Origin: an uncultured Methanobrevibacter sp.
GTDB lineage: Archaea > Methanobacteriota > Methanobacteria > Methanobacteriales > Methanobacteriaceae
NCBI GenBank assembly: GCA_900318035.1
Contig: ONJC01000007.1
Span: forward strand, 2,015-66,014
Length of the DNA stretch: 64,000 nt
Direction of reading: 5' to 3'
This document shows positions 1 through 9,675 of the stretch, one piece after another; the first letter of the stretch is position 1, and each line of letters opens with the position of its first letter. The notes below the pieces were generated by a model. It was not told the origin of the DNA. It saw only the letters and a list, made by a program, of their open reading frames with translations, and did no database searches. The position numbers and the translations under genes were made by a program.

Positions 1-911
1 TCAAAAGTACTGTTCACTATATAATTGTAACCGGCACGCGCATAGATTGCTCCACCATATCCTTTACCTGCATGATTTCTGGTAAATGAATTATTTGCAA
101 CGAGTACGCCTCCATAATTATAAATATTTATTGCAGCACCTTGGGCTCCAGCATTATTGTTAAATGTATTATTTATTATTTTGGCATTAGGACCGTCAAT
201 TTCAATAGCTCCGCCATAAGAATATGCTTCACAATCTTCAAAAGTACTGTATCTGATTTCAGTGTTCTTACCTTTTGTGTAAATTCCACCCCCAAAGTCA
301 ACATTAGGGTCATTTTTCTTTATTGTACAGTTTTCAACTAAAAGATTGTTTCCAGTGTTATAGATTGCTCCACCATACCACACATTGTTACCCTCTGTGG
401 TTTGGAACACAGTACCTCCACCATTGATTAAGGTCAATCCTTTAATCACAACACCATTGTTGGAGATTTTGAAAATGGAAGTAGCTTTTCCAGCATTAAA
501 TATAGGATATGCACCATCATAAGCCATTATGGTGGTATTCTCTTTTAAAGAAAGAGCACGATTATTTGAGCCGGTATATGTTCCATCCATAACATAGATG
601 ATATCGTTTTCCTTATAGCTTGCATTGTTAATTACTTGATTTACATTAGCATAGGGTTTTGCCTGAGATCCGTTTCCGCCGGTTGCACCTGCTTTAACAT
701 ACCAGTTATTTCCCGTATTTCCATCACCTAAAACTTCACTGTTTGAAGCTTTGAGAGTATCAGAAACACTATTATGTTCAACCTCAAAATTTTTGTTGTC
801 TGCTCCAACCGCATTCAATCCGTTTGAATTATCTGCAGCAGAAACAGCGCCCACAAACATTATTAATACAAAAATTATTACTAAAATACCTATTAGTTTA
901 TTTAATTTCAT
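1..911 (-). CDS. Adhesin-like surface protein, 5' part (runs off the window start)
   Basis: Not in the ORF track; read by hand from ATG at 911: MKLNKLIGILVIIFVLIMFVGAVSAADN. Signal peptide ending VSA, followed by repeated YGGAIY/FGGGIY/YGGAIE beta-helix motifs. No stop seen before position 1. Confidence 0.85.
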   Translation of the reverse strand, partial: MKLNKLIGILVIIFVLIMFVGAVSAADNSNGLNAVGADNKNFEVEHNSVSDTLKASNSEVLGDGNTGNNWYVKAGATGGNGSQAKPYANVNQVINNASYKENDIIYVMDGTYTGSNNRALSLKENTTIMAYDGAYPIFNAGKATSIFKISNNGVVIKGLTLINGGGTVFQTTEGNNVWYGGAIYNTGNNLLVENCTIKKNDPNVDFGGGIYTKGKNTEIRYSTFEDCEAYSYGGAIEIDGPNAKIINNTFNNNAGAQGAAINIYNYGGVLVANNSFTRNHAGKGYGGAIYARAGYNYIVNSTF

Positions 912-1640
912 CTTTTCCCTCTAACGAGAGTCAAATCAATATACAAACTAATCAAATAATATAAATTAAATTTATTAAAAGTTAATTTAAACCCATAAAT
1001 AATACAATCGACCATTATCATGCAAGTAATAACGAAAAATAACTGATTAATACAATTATAACCATCATTACAAATACTAAGCCGATAAATACCAATAATA
1101 TCAGTTAAAATTAAACTTTAACATTTGACTTTTTCATATTTATACTAGATTTGATTTAACTCAATAAATTTCAAATATATTATTTTGATGAATAATTAAA
1201 TTATAAAAATCTAATCAATCACCTATTTTTGTTTATATTTAATAAACAAAATCATATATATTTTAATAATTTATAACAACATGATATTATAATTTAATAT
1301 CAATATTGCATTTTTAATATTTTTATAGAATGATATTTAAAATTTGTTATTAATTATAAATTTTTTTTAGAAAAATATTGAATACATTATAAATTTTTAT
1401 AATAAATTTTAATTAAATTAAAAAAAATAAAATGTAAAATATTTAAAATTGATTAAGAAATGTTAAACAAAAAATTACAAATACGGCTAAATAATGTATA
1501 ATATTCATTACATCAATAAAGAGTTGAAGATTTTCTAACTACAAAAAGCAAAATCATATCCTTTAAATGTATATAATTTTTTACTAAAATATGAACAAGA
1601 CAAAAATAATAAAAAAATTGAAAAAAAAGTGAATTAAAAA

Positions 1641-2147
1641 TTATTCATCAATCCATGCCTTTACAGTGTCTTTTACATCATAGACGTTTGCACCGGGAAT
1701 TGAAAGGCCTTTTTTAATTTCACCGCCTTCACATAATTTTGCCAAATCCCTTTGTGATGAGCCGAAACCAGATCCCTCATGAGTTACAAATGGCTTTACG
1801 ACTTTTCCTGTAAAATCAAGCTGTTCCAGTTGAGTAAACATTGGCATCGGCAAGGTTCCCCACCAGTTTGGAAAGCCTATGTAGATTGTGTCGTATTCAT
1901 CAATGCCAGATAATGTTTCTTTGATTTCCGGCCTTGCGTCGGCTTGCTGTTCGGCTTTGGCAACATCTATGCATTTCATGTAATCTGCAGGATATTCCTC
2001 GGCCGGTTCGACTTTAAATAAATCAGCCCCATCCAATTCCTGAATGTATTCCGCAATCACTTCGGTGTTTCCCTTTTCAATGTTTTTAAGCTCTCCGCCG
2101 AAGTAGTTTTCACCGCTTCTTGAAAAATAAATAACTAAGCTTGCCAT
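1641..2147 (-). CDS. Flavodoxin
   Basis: Motifs IYFSRSGEN..GNTEVIA, IYIGFPNWWGT and FVTHEGSGFG. Start moved to the ATG at 2147. Confidence 0.9.
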   Translation of the reverse strand: MASLVIYFSRSGENYFGGELKNIEKGNTEVIAEYIQELDGADLFKVEPAEEYPADYMKCIDVAKAEQQADARPEIKETLSGIDEYDTIYIGFPNWWGTLPMPMFTQLEQLDFTGKVVKPFVTHEGSGFGSSQRDLAKLCEGGEIKKGLSIPGANVYDVKDTVKAWIDE

Positions 2148-2189
2148 AAAAATCACTCAATAATATATAATCAGTTACCCGTATAAAAA

Positions 2190-2206
2190 TGTTGCTACTT
2201 ACAACA
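2190..2206. promoter_or_regulatory. Palindromic operator candidate TGTTG-N7-CAACA upstream of flavodoxin
   Basis: TGTTGCTACTTACAACA abuts a TTTTTATA TATA-like box on the minus strand. A second copy is at 43374-43390. Confidence 0.55.
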
Positions 2207-2243
2207 ATTACAGTTTTAATAAAAAAAATGAATAGTTAAAAAA

Positions 2244-3467
2244 CTATTCTTTAATGGAACGTGCTAATTCTGCACCTTTTTCAAATGCTTCAGCTAAAAC
2301 ATCTTCATCAGGTACAAACAATACATCCAAAGTGTCAGTTACAGTAAAACCTGCTTCTTCCAAATCTCTTTGGAGTTTTGCAACAGCTCCTCCACCCCAT
2401 CCTTTGGATGAAAAGATTAAAGCACTTTTCTCACTGCCTGTTCCTTTGAAGTTGACACAGTCAAGCCAGTACATCATGTTACCGATTCTTGGGAACGGCT
2501 TGTTCATCATTGTCGGAGCACCGAGTGCAATGGCTTTAGAGTCCAAAATGTCTGTGATTACATCATCAGGACCGTCTTCCTGCATGAAGTACATTACAAC
2601 TTCAACTCCTTCACTCATAATACCTTCAGCAATTTGGTATGCGAGCTTTTCGGTTGAGTGGTGCATTGTATCATAGATAACAGTGATTTTATCTTTGCAA
2701 ACGCCTGATCCCCATTCAGTATATTTCTCTACGATTGGAGCTGGGTTTTTCCAGATTTGACCGTGGCATGGAGCAATCATTTTGATTTCATTGATTAAAC
2801 CAGTTTCGGTCAGTTCGTTTAATTTCATTCTAAGCATTGGAGAGCCGAGAGTGACTAAATTAGCATAGTATTTTTGTGCTTCCTTAAGCAAGTAGTCAAC
2901 TGAATAGTCTTCATCAAATCTTTTGGAGTGACATACGTGCTGTCCGAAAGCGTCATTTGAGAACAATATTCCTTCTTCAGCCAGGAAAGTGAACATGCTG
3001 TCAGGCCAGTGAAGCATTGGTGCTGAAATGAATTTTAATGTTCTGCCACCAATATCAATTTCATCACCGGTAGCTACGGCATTGATTTCCAAATCTGAGA
3101 AGTTGTGATATTGATCTTCCAAGAATTTAATACAGTTAGCTGATGCGTATATTTCTGCATCAGGATTATATTTATCAATTGTATCCCTTAAGTAAGTTGA
3201 ATGATCCATTTCAGAGTGGTTTTGTACGAATACATCGATTTTAATATCTTTTCCTTCTTGTGCAAATGCATCTTCAATTCTTGCATCCAATTGATTCTGC
3301 AAGCCTGTGTAAGTATTGTCAATCAATACAGTTTTTTCTTCACCAAATACCAAATATGCATTGTATGTGGTTCCTGGAATTCCATATCCGTGGAAAGTTC
3401 TACTATTCCAGTGGATAACACCTACCCAGTAAACACCGTCAGCTATTTTTACTGCTTTTGCTTTCAT
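2244..3467 (-). CDS. fprA: FprA family A-type flavoprotein (flavodiiron protein, F420H2 oxidase-like)
   Basis: [26 protein letters not shown] and PCHG diiron motifs plus a C-terminal flavodoxin domain. Confidence 0.9.
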   Translation of the reverse strand: MKAKAVKIADGVYWVGVIHWNSRTFHGYGIPGTTYNAYLVFGEEKTVLIDNTYTGLQNQLDARIEDAFAQEGKDIKIDVFVQNHSEMDHSTYLRDTIDKYNPDAEIYASANCIKFLEDQYHNFSDLEINAVATGDEIDIGGRTLKFISAPMLHWPDSMFTFLAEEGILFSNDAFGQHVCHSKRFDEDYSVDYLLKEAQKYYANLVTLGSPMLRMKLNELTETGLINEIKMIAPCHGQIWKNPAPIVEKYTEWGSGVCKDKITVIYDTMHHSTEKLAYQIAEGIMSEGVEVVMYFMQEDGPDDVITDILDSKAIALGAPTMMNKPFPRIGNMMYWLDCVNFKGTGSEKSALIFSSKGWGGGAVAKLQRDLEEAGFTVTDTLDVLFVPDEDVLAEAFEKGAELARSIKE

Positions 3468-3555
3468 TTTTATAACCTCAAAAATATTTAAGTTATATAA
3501 GTTTATATTAAATGTACTATATATAATATTATATTTATTGACAGAGGTTATTATT

Positions 3556-4221
3556 TTGAATAAAAGAATAGATTTACATATGCACAGTTTATTCAGTGAT
3601 GGAGAATTACTGCCTTCAGAGCTTGCAAGAAGAGCTTTAAAATTAAATCATGAAGCTATCGCAATTACAGACCATGTCGACTGGTCAAATGTCGATACCA
3701 TCCCCGCCATTCAGGACGCTATTGACGACATTAATTCCAAATGGGACATTACCGTTGTTCTGGGTGCTGAAGTAACCCATGCCCCATGTGAATCAATAGA
3801 CGGAATTGCTGCAAGGGCAAAAGATCTGGGAGCCAAAATTGTTGTTGTTCACGGTGAAACCTTAAACGAACCGGTAACTCCAGGAACTAATCGTGCAGCA
3901 GTTGAATCCAAACATGTTGACATATTAGGCCATCCAGGTTTGATAACCGTTGAGGAAGCAGAAATCGCAAAGGAAAATGACATCTATTTGGAAATTTCCG
4001 CACGTAAGGGACATTGCCTCGGAAACGGCCATGTTGCAAACGTTGCACGTGAAGTTGGAAACAAATTGCTGGTCAATACAGATACACATTCACCCGACAA
4101 TATTATCACATTTGAAAAATCATATGAAATTGCTTTAGGTGCGGGATTGACTCATGATGAAGCCATGAAAGCTATCGTCGACAATCCTAGAGAATTACTG
4201 AAATCAAAAGGTATTTTGTAA
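3556..4221 (+). CDS. PHP-family phosphoesterase (histidinol-phosphatase-like domain)
   Basis: [16 protein letters not shown] and NTDTH motifs. Probable TTG start at 3556 after a GAGGT RBS. Confidence 0.85.
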   Translation: MNKRIDLHMHSLFSDGELLPSELARRALKLNHEAIAITDHVDWSNVDTIPAIQDAIDDINSKWDITVVLGAEVTHAPCESIDGIAARAKDLGAKIVVVHGETLNEPVTPGTNRAAVESKHVDILGHPGLITVEEAEIAKENDIYLEISARKGHCLGNGHVANVAREVGNKLLVNTDTHSPDNIITFEKSYEIALGAGLTHDEAMKAIVDNPRELLKSKGIL

Positions 4222-4530
4222 AATAACTGAAACTGTCATTGAATAAAGTGGTTGATGAACTGCAAAGACCACTTTCAAATTACAGAGAATAACATATCTG
4301 CATATTATGATATATATGACACAGTTATTTTAGATAATTTTTTAGTGAATTATAATATTATTGGAGTATTGAATCAGATATTGTATTCAAATTTGATAAG
4401 TATCTTCAGGTGACAGTGAAATTACAAGAATCTGCAAGGTATTGGGATATCTAAATAAAAAGTTATATGAAATATTCAACGATAAAAAAAATCATTTACA
4501 TGTCATGTTTGAAACCGGTTTAAAAATCTT

Positions 4531-5223
4531 TTAATTGTTCTGTTTGAATTCCAACAAATTAATACAATCACCTATACACAAATACTCCATCAAAATGTTA
4601 ATCGCTTTTAAGAAATCTTGATCTGCACTAACGAACTTAAGATTTAATTCAGGTTTATTTTTGCAGAACTCATTAGCATCAAATAGAATATTTTCATCAG
4701 AACCATGCAATAGATAATCCCTAAGCTTTTCTTTTTCAATCATATTTATAATATCTTTATCTTTAATGGTATGATTTGGCACAATTTTCAAATAATTAAA
4801 TGTCTTCTGTTTATTTTTATTTTGAATTGATTGGAAATCATTTTGAAATAATGAAAATTTATTTTTCACATCAAAGGCGTCATGATATTCATTAAAACCT
4901 AGTTTTTCCCAAATTATTCTTAATGCCTGCCTCATATCTTCAATATCAAATTTGCTTTTAGGATTAACCCTATTAAGAAATCTGTAAACATCATAAAAAT
5001 AAATGAAATTATTGTCTGAAAAATTTTCAAATAATCTACATAACATCAATAGAAAATAATCATATTCTTGACATTTCTCATTAAAAACATTTTCAACTTC
5101 TTTTATAACATTATCCGAACAAAAATAATTTTCTGAAGAAATGAAATCATTAGCTATTATATTTAATGAATCCCATGAAAAAATATGACTCACAATAACA
5201 TTTGAATCAAGAAAATAATTCAT
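4531..5223 (-). CDS. PIN-like domain protein (putative nuclease)
   Basis: N-terminal YFLDSNVIV, KEVE, then D...D and FVSADQDF, the acidic pattern of PIN folds. Very AT-rich. Confidence 0.65.
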   Translation of the reverse strand: MNYFLDSNVIVSHIFSWDSLNIIANDFISSENYFCSDNVIKEVENVFNEKCQEYDYFLLMLCRLFENFSDNNFIYFYDVYRFLNRVNPKSKFDIEDMRQALRIIWEKLGFNEYHDAFDVKNKFSLFQNDFQSIQNKNKQKTFNYLKIVPNHTIKDKDIINMIEKEKLRDYLLHGSDENILFDANEFCKNKPELNLKFVSADQDFLKAINILMEYLCIGDCINLLEFKQNN

Positions 5224-5227
5224 AGTT

Positions 5228-5761
5228 TCACCTAAAGATTCTTGTTACTTCCCCGACCAACTCATCATATTCATGTGAGCAAATATAAATATTTGAATAA
5301 AAAAACTCCTTTTTTTCATAATAAAATTTCTTGAATAACTCAAATTCATTTGTATAATGATTTAAAGTAGAATTTCTTAAGTGAGCTATTTTAATATTAA
5401 TCAGATTACAAAATAATACACTTAAATCATGGACAAAAGAAGAATACAAAATATAATATTTAATATTCCTTAGAATATAATTAATCATATTTCGTATGGA
5501 CAAATAGTAATAAAATTCTTCTTGAAATAGGTTTAATCCTTCAAGAGTTTCTGCAATATCATCGCTTAATTTTATAATTAGATTTAATTTATTAAGAAAT
5601 TCTTTATCATTAGAATAAATTGTAACTAAATCATCCAAAGAAGTTTCCTTTATCAGCCTAATTGAAGAAAAGTTATCATAAATACTATCTAAGAGACTTT
5701 TTAAATCATTTACAATGGTATTTAAATCAATAATGTTTCTATCATTCATACCCACATACAT
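5228..5761 (-). CDS. Hypothetical protein, apparently co-transcribed with the PIN gene
   Basis: About 177-aa ORF, 4 bp from the PIN gene, very AT-rich. ATG at 5761 follows GTGAT. Confidence 0.6.
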   Translation of the reverse strand: MYVGMNDRNIIDLNTIVNDLKSLLDSIYDNFSSIRLIKETSLDDLVTIYSNDKEFLNKLNLIIKLSDDIAETLEGLNLFQEEFYYYLSIRNMINYILRNIKYYILYSSFVHDLSVLFCNLINIKIAHLRNSTLNHYTNEFELFKKFYYEKKEFFYSNIYICSHEYDELVGEVTRIFR

Positions 5762-5887
5762 TTTTATCACATAAACAATGGTTTTTCAGTTATTATGTTA
5801 TATAATCTCCATTATTTAAGTATTTTTTGGAAAAAATGACTTCAATTTAACATACCCAGACAACTTTTTGTCTAAATTAAAAAATAA

Positions 5888-6556
5888 CTATTTTAGAACT
5901 TTATATTTTAAAATTAAGTCCTTTCCCAAAGAATAAGAATCAGTCAACTCCAATCTGACAGCTTCATCCATGGTGTCAAATCCTTCACCATCAAAGAAAG
6001 TCTTTGCATCAGCTCCCCCAACAACCATTGGAGCAACACAAATGCTTATTTCATCAATAAGTCCTGCTTTAATCATGGAAAAGTTTAGGGTAGCTCCCCC
6101 TTCAAGCATCAGCTTTTCAATTCCTTCCTCATGCAGATAGCTCATAAGAGAGGTCAAATCAACCCGCCTATCACCGCTCCAGAAAAACTTTACACCTCTC
6201 TTTTTGAAGGTTTCATATTTATCTGAAGCCATAAACTCATCTTTATACTCATTGGCACAGGCAATTATTGTTTTTGCATCAGAATTGGTTATTCTGGCAT
6301 CCATCGGAGTGTTGCATTTGCTGTCAACAACGACACGGACAGGATTATCTTCGGGATTTGCATCAATTTTATGGACTGTCAGTCTTGGATCATCTGCAAG
6401 TACTGTTCCTATTCCAACCATTATCGCATCACAGTCCTTTCTGATTTCATGAACCCTTTTCAGATCATCTTCACCTGAAATGTTTGAACTTCCAGTGGCA
6501 GTTGCAATTTTACCATCCAATGTCATTGCAGCATTCAATATTACATATGGCTTCAT
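5888..6556 (-). CDS. arfC: 2,5-diamino-6-ribosylamino-4(3H)-pyrimidinone 5'-phosphate reductase (archaeal RibD reductase)
   Basis: AMTLDGKIA, DAIMVGIGTVLADDPRLT and LMLEGGATLN motifs. Confidence 0.9.
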   Translation of the reverse strand: MKPYVILNAAMTLDGKIATATGSSNISGEDDLKRVHEIRKDCDAIMVGIGTVLADDPRLTVHKIDANPEDNPVRVVVDSKCNTPMDARITNSDAKTIIACANEYKDEFMASDKYETFKKRGVKFFWSGDRRVDLTSLMSYLHEEGIEKLMLEGGATLNFSMIKAGLIDEISICVAPMVVGGADAKTFFDGEGFDTMDEAVRLELTDSYSLGKDLILKYKVLK

Positions 6557-6560
6557 ATTA

Positions 6561-7577
6561 TCATCCTATATGATAGAACATTTCCTTAATTTGCAGGAAA
6601 TTCATTAATGTCTTATTTTCAAGCATTCCCGGCATAATCAATGCAACAATAATTCCCAAAATTCCGAATGCAATTCCAATTCCCCAGATTATCTTAACTG
6701 CATCTTTTTCTGCAATCGGTTTTCTTAAAATTAATCTGATTAATGATTTAAATCCAGCATCAGGCCTTACCAATTTTCCTTCATCGTTAATCTGTGTCGG
6801 TTTTTGTTGGGAACGGTTCATTACTCCTGCTGAATAGAATTTTAAAGCTGCATCAATAATGTTCGGCATCATTACAATAAGTGCAATCAGTTTTACCCTT
6901 CCAATAAATGCAATACATACGATAGCTGCACCGATAATCAGTGTACCTGTGTCTCCCGGAAAGATTTTTGCAGGATATCTGTTAAAGTATAAAAATGCAG
7001 CCAATGCTCCAAGCATACTCATGGATATGATTGTTACATCGTATTTTCCTAAAATTATACATGCAATAGTCAGTGATGTCATTGAAATAACACCCAAACC
7101 TGATTCAATACCGTTTAGACCTGCCAGCATGTTGGTCAGGTTAGCTCCGATTGACAGTGCTATCGGAATTGTAATCAGATACAATATGCCCACATTTGGA
7201 GGTGCCGCCCACATCAGAGGAAGGCCTGCAATAAACAGCAGGAAGAATTTGGATTTTGATGAAAGAGCAAGCAGGTCATCCAGAATACCAATCATTCCAA
7301 CCAGAAGTATCACTACAAGAACAATGATTAGCGGAAACGCCAGGATTTCATGCATATAAATTCCTGAAAACATTCCAAGTACAAATCCGAATATAATACC
7401 GAATCCGCCCATTTCAGCTACGACTGGCTTCCAGGATTTATGAATGTCCTTTCCTACAATGTCTGCTTCTTCAAGCTTTTTAATAATTTTAGGCATAAAT
7501 AATCGGGTCATGGAAAAAGAAAGTAAACCACAGATTATAGCTATCACATATAAAGGAAGTTGTGGTAAAATCATCAT
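6561..7577 (-). CDS. MraY/WecA/GPT-family polyprenyl-phosphate sugar-phosphotransferase
   Basis: Multiple TM segments; GILDD, NMLAGLNG and FPGDTG motifs. Confidence 0.85.
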   Translation of the reverse strand: MMILPQLPLYVIAIICGLLSFSMTRLFMPKIIKKLEEADIVGKDIHKSWKPVVAEMGGFGIIFGFVLGMFSGIYMHEILAFPLIIVLVVILLVGMIGILDDLLALSSKSKFFLLFIAGLPLMWAAPPNVGILYLITIPIALSIGANLTNMLAGLNGIESGLGVISMTSLTIACIILGKYDVTIISMSMLGALAAFLYFNRYPAKIFPGDTGTLIIGAAIVCIAFIGRVKLIALIVMMPNIIDAALKFYSAGVMNRSQQKPTQINDEGKLVRPDAGFKSLIRLILRKPIAEKDAVKIIWGIGIAFGILGIIVALIMPGMLENKTLMNFLQIKEMFYHIG

Positions 7578-7613
7578 AATTAATTATATTACATTCATTA
7601 TTAAAAAAAGTAA

Positions 7614-8078
7614 TTATTTTTTATTTAAAATATAATAAACAGTTCTTAAAGGAATATCTAATTTGTTTGAAATTTCTTTTGCAGATAAACCTTCGCTTTT
7701 AAGGTTTTTAATTTCGGAGTGATTGTATTTTCTTTTTCTGTTATCAAAATTAGCTTTGCCTTTTCTTAAAAGGTAATAGACCCTATTTAAAGTGATGTTT
7801 AATTTTTCAGAAATTTCTTTTGGTTTTAAACCTTCATTTGACAGTTTCAAAACTTCAAATTCGGCACCGTTGGTTTGTGATTTGGCTCCCCAGTTATATT
7901 TTTTGACAACTTCAATATCGAGCTGTGAGAGCGCTTCAATATATGTCTTTGAGGTTCTTTCATAAACGCTTGGAGAACAGGTAATCTCACATAAGTTAGG
8001 ATACTCCTCTATCAGTTCAACAATCATTGAAGAGGACAGTGCTTTCGTAATATGAACTGTAGTTACATTTTCATCCAT
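7614..8078 (-). CDS. DUF1699-like protein with two C-terminal HTH repeats
   Basis: CSPSVYERTSK N-domain; repeated GL(K/S)xKEISxKLxIxLxxVYY(L/I)L. Confidence 0.65.
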   Translation of the reverse strand: MDENVTTVHITKALSSSMIVELIEEYPNLCEITCSPSVYERTSKTYIEALSQLDIEVVKKYNWGAKSQTNGAEFEVLKLSNEGLKPKEISEKLNITLNRVYYLLRKGKANFDNRKRKYNHSEIKNLKSEGLSAKEISNKLDIPLRTVYYILNKK

Positions 8079-8085
8079 ATTATCA

Positions 8086-9663
8086 CTATTTTTTAATCAA
8101 ATCCAGGAATTTTTTAGATTTATCGCTTTTAGGATTTCTGATTTGGTCAATGTTTTTTAATTCCTTTTTGATTTTTGATTCGTTAATGTTGAAAGCGTTG
8201 CTTATTTCTTCCAAACTTATTTGTGAGTTCTGGTGTATCAGTGCGGCGCCTAATGCAACATAGTTGAATTTGATGTTTGAGCTTCTTGACTGCTTATCAA
8301 ACTTGAATTTTTCATAAAGCAGCAGATCCATTTCCGGAATGGTTATGATTTTAATATCGGTGAATGCATTCAGGGTTTCTATGACCTTTGAATAGGTGGT
8401 TTTGAAAACTTTTCTCTGTTCACGGTCCAATTCCACTCGAATATATGGGAACGGACCTGTGATAATTCTACGGGAGTTGTTTGAAGTGGTTAAATAATAT
8501 CTGAAAATATCCCAAATTATCAGTGCTGAAGCAATATTTTTAAATGTATTCTTATAGATTGAATCCCTGATTTTCAAATCACGGCTTAATGATCTTTTAA
8601 GATTTCCGAACTTATCTGCATAATTGAGTTTAATGAATTCCTTTTGAATCTGTGACTCTCTCCATTTTTCAATGGAATTTGAATCATATCTGTCAATAAA
8701 ATCAGGAGTCTGATTCTTATATTCTGAAATTACTTCATAATATTTGTTCAACCTTTTAAAATCAGTGAGTCTTCTTTTTAGGATGTCATCCTTAATTTCA
8801 TGGATGATGGATTGTGAATATTTAACATAAGCAATTGCTAAAGCTGTCCTTGCATGCTTGTCATCAATTATGGCAGGTTTGGTTCTGTGAAACCTCAGCG
8901 CTTCAATCCTTACATTACGGCCATATTGTCGCCTTACTTCCTCCTCATAATTGCTTACATATTCAGAGCCTAGGGAAACATTTTTTCTGATTAAACGATT
9001 ATTCTTATCCCTGAATCTGATTACAAGAGATATTGTTTTTACAATTCCTTTACGTTCCTGTTTTAGAATGTTTAGAACCTGTTTGAATGATTCTCTGGCA
9101 TATGGTGAAAATTCATTCATCAACACCATATAATTGCCGGAAAGAGGTAAATATGGGATTATTTCCAGTCTGAATGTGGCTTCCTTATTGATTTTGAATG
9201 TAAAGCCCTGTGACCCGCAACTGCATTTTGCTTCCCGTTGTCTGTATTCATCAATGGAATATTTCTTATAACAGGAATTGCATTTTACATATCCGAATTG
9301 CTCAAGATTGCCTATTGCAATTTTATGGGAGTCAATGGCGGATTTTACCCTGTCAAGGATATTTTTCTTGGAGTTTGCCTTCATTCTAAATATCTGATTG
9401 TGGCGGGAGTTTTCTCCGACCTCTTCAAGGGATACGTCTGCCACAGACTTTGTCCCATATCGGCTCAGGGATGTGAAAGGGGTAGTGTATCCCTGTGCAT
9501 CCATATCATCCTTCAGGTTTTGCAAATAGTTTAATCTGTCAACTAGCTTAAAGTAAAGATTCTTGAAATTGTCAAACTCATCAATATCATCAATGACAAT
9601 TGAATCATTTGCTATTTCTTTTAAGTAGTTCTCGGCTTTATTTACCAGGACAGATTCTTCCAT
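8086..9663 (-). CDS. DUF530-family conserved archaeal protein with zinc ribbon
   Basis: GYTTPF, CxxC-x13-CxC and YLPLSGNY; sits directly downstream of metG. Confidence 0.7.
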   Translation of the reverse strand: MEESVLVNKAENYLKEIANDSIVIDDIDEFDNFKNLYFKLVDRLNYLQNLKDDMDAQGYTTPFTSLSRYGTKSVADVSLEEVGENSRHNQIFRMKANSKKNILDRVKSAIDSHKIAIGNLEQFGYVKCNSCYKKYSIDEYRQREAKCSCGSQGFTFKINKEATFRLEIIPYLPLSGNYMVLMNEFSPYARESFKQVLNILKQERKGIVKTISLVIRFRDKNNRLIRKNVSLGSEYVSNYEEEVRRQYGRNVRIEALRFHRTKPAIIDDKHARTALAIAYVKYSQSIIHEIKDDILKRRLTDFKRLNKYYEVISEYKNQTPDFIDRYDSNSIEKWRESQIQKEFIKLNYADKFGNLKRSLSRDLKIRDSIYKNTFKNIASALIIWDIFRYYLTTSNNSRRIITGPFPYIRVELDREQRKVFKTTYSKVIETLNAFTDIKIITIPEMDLLLYEKFKFDKQSRSSNIKFNYVALGAALIHQNSQISLEEISNAFNINESKIKKELKNIDQIRNPKSDKSKKFLDLIKK

Positions 9664-9675
9664 TTTAATCTAATT

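Noticed and set aside
141-341. 66-aa plus-strand ORF, and the many similar short antisense ORFs in the track (e.g. 2254-2676, 6859-7359, 17049-17531, 41454-41978)
   Set aside because: They are shadows of well-supported genes on the opposite strand or in another frame, with no recognisable motifs.
912-1640. Long AT-rich intergenic region with an imperfect repeat (TAATACAAT...ACCAT at about 1000 and 1048)
   Set aside because: Only two degenerate copies in extremely AT-rich DNA; no CRISPR-like repeat-spacer pattern and no convincing ORF.
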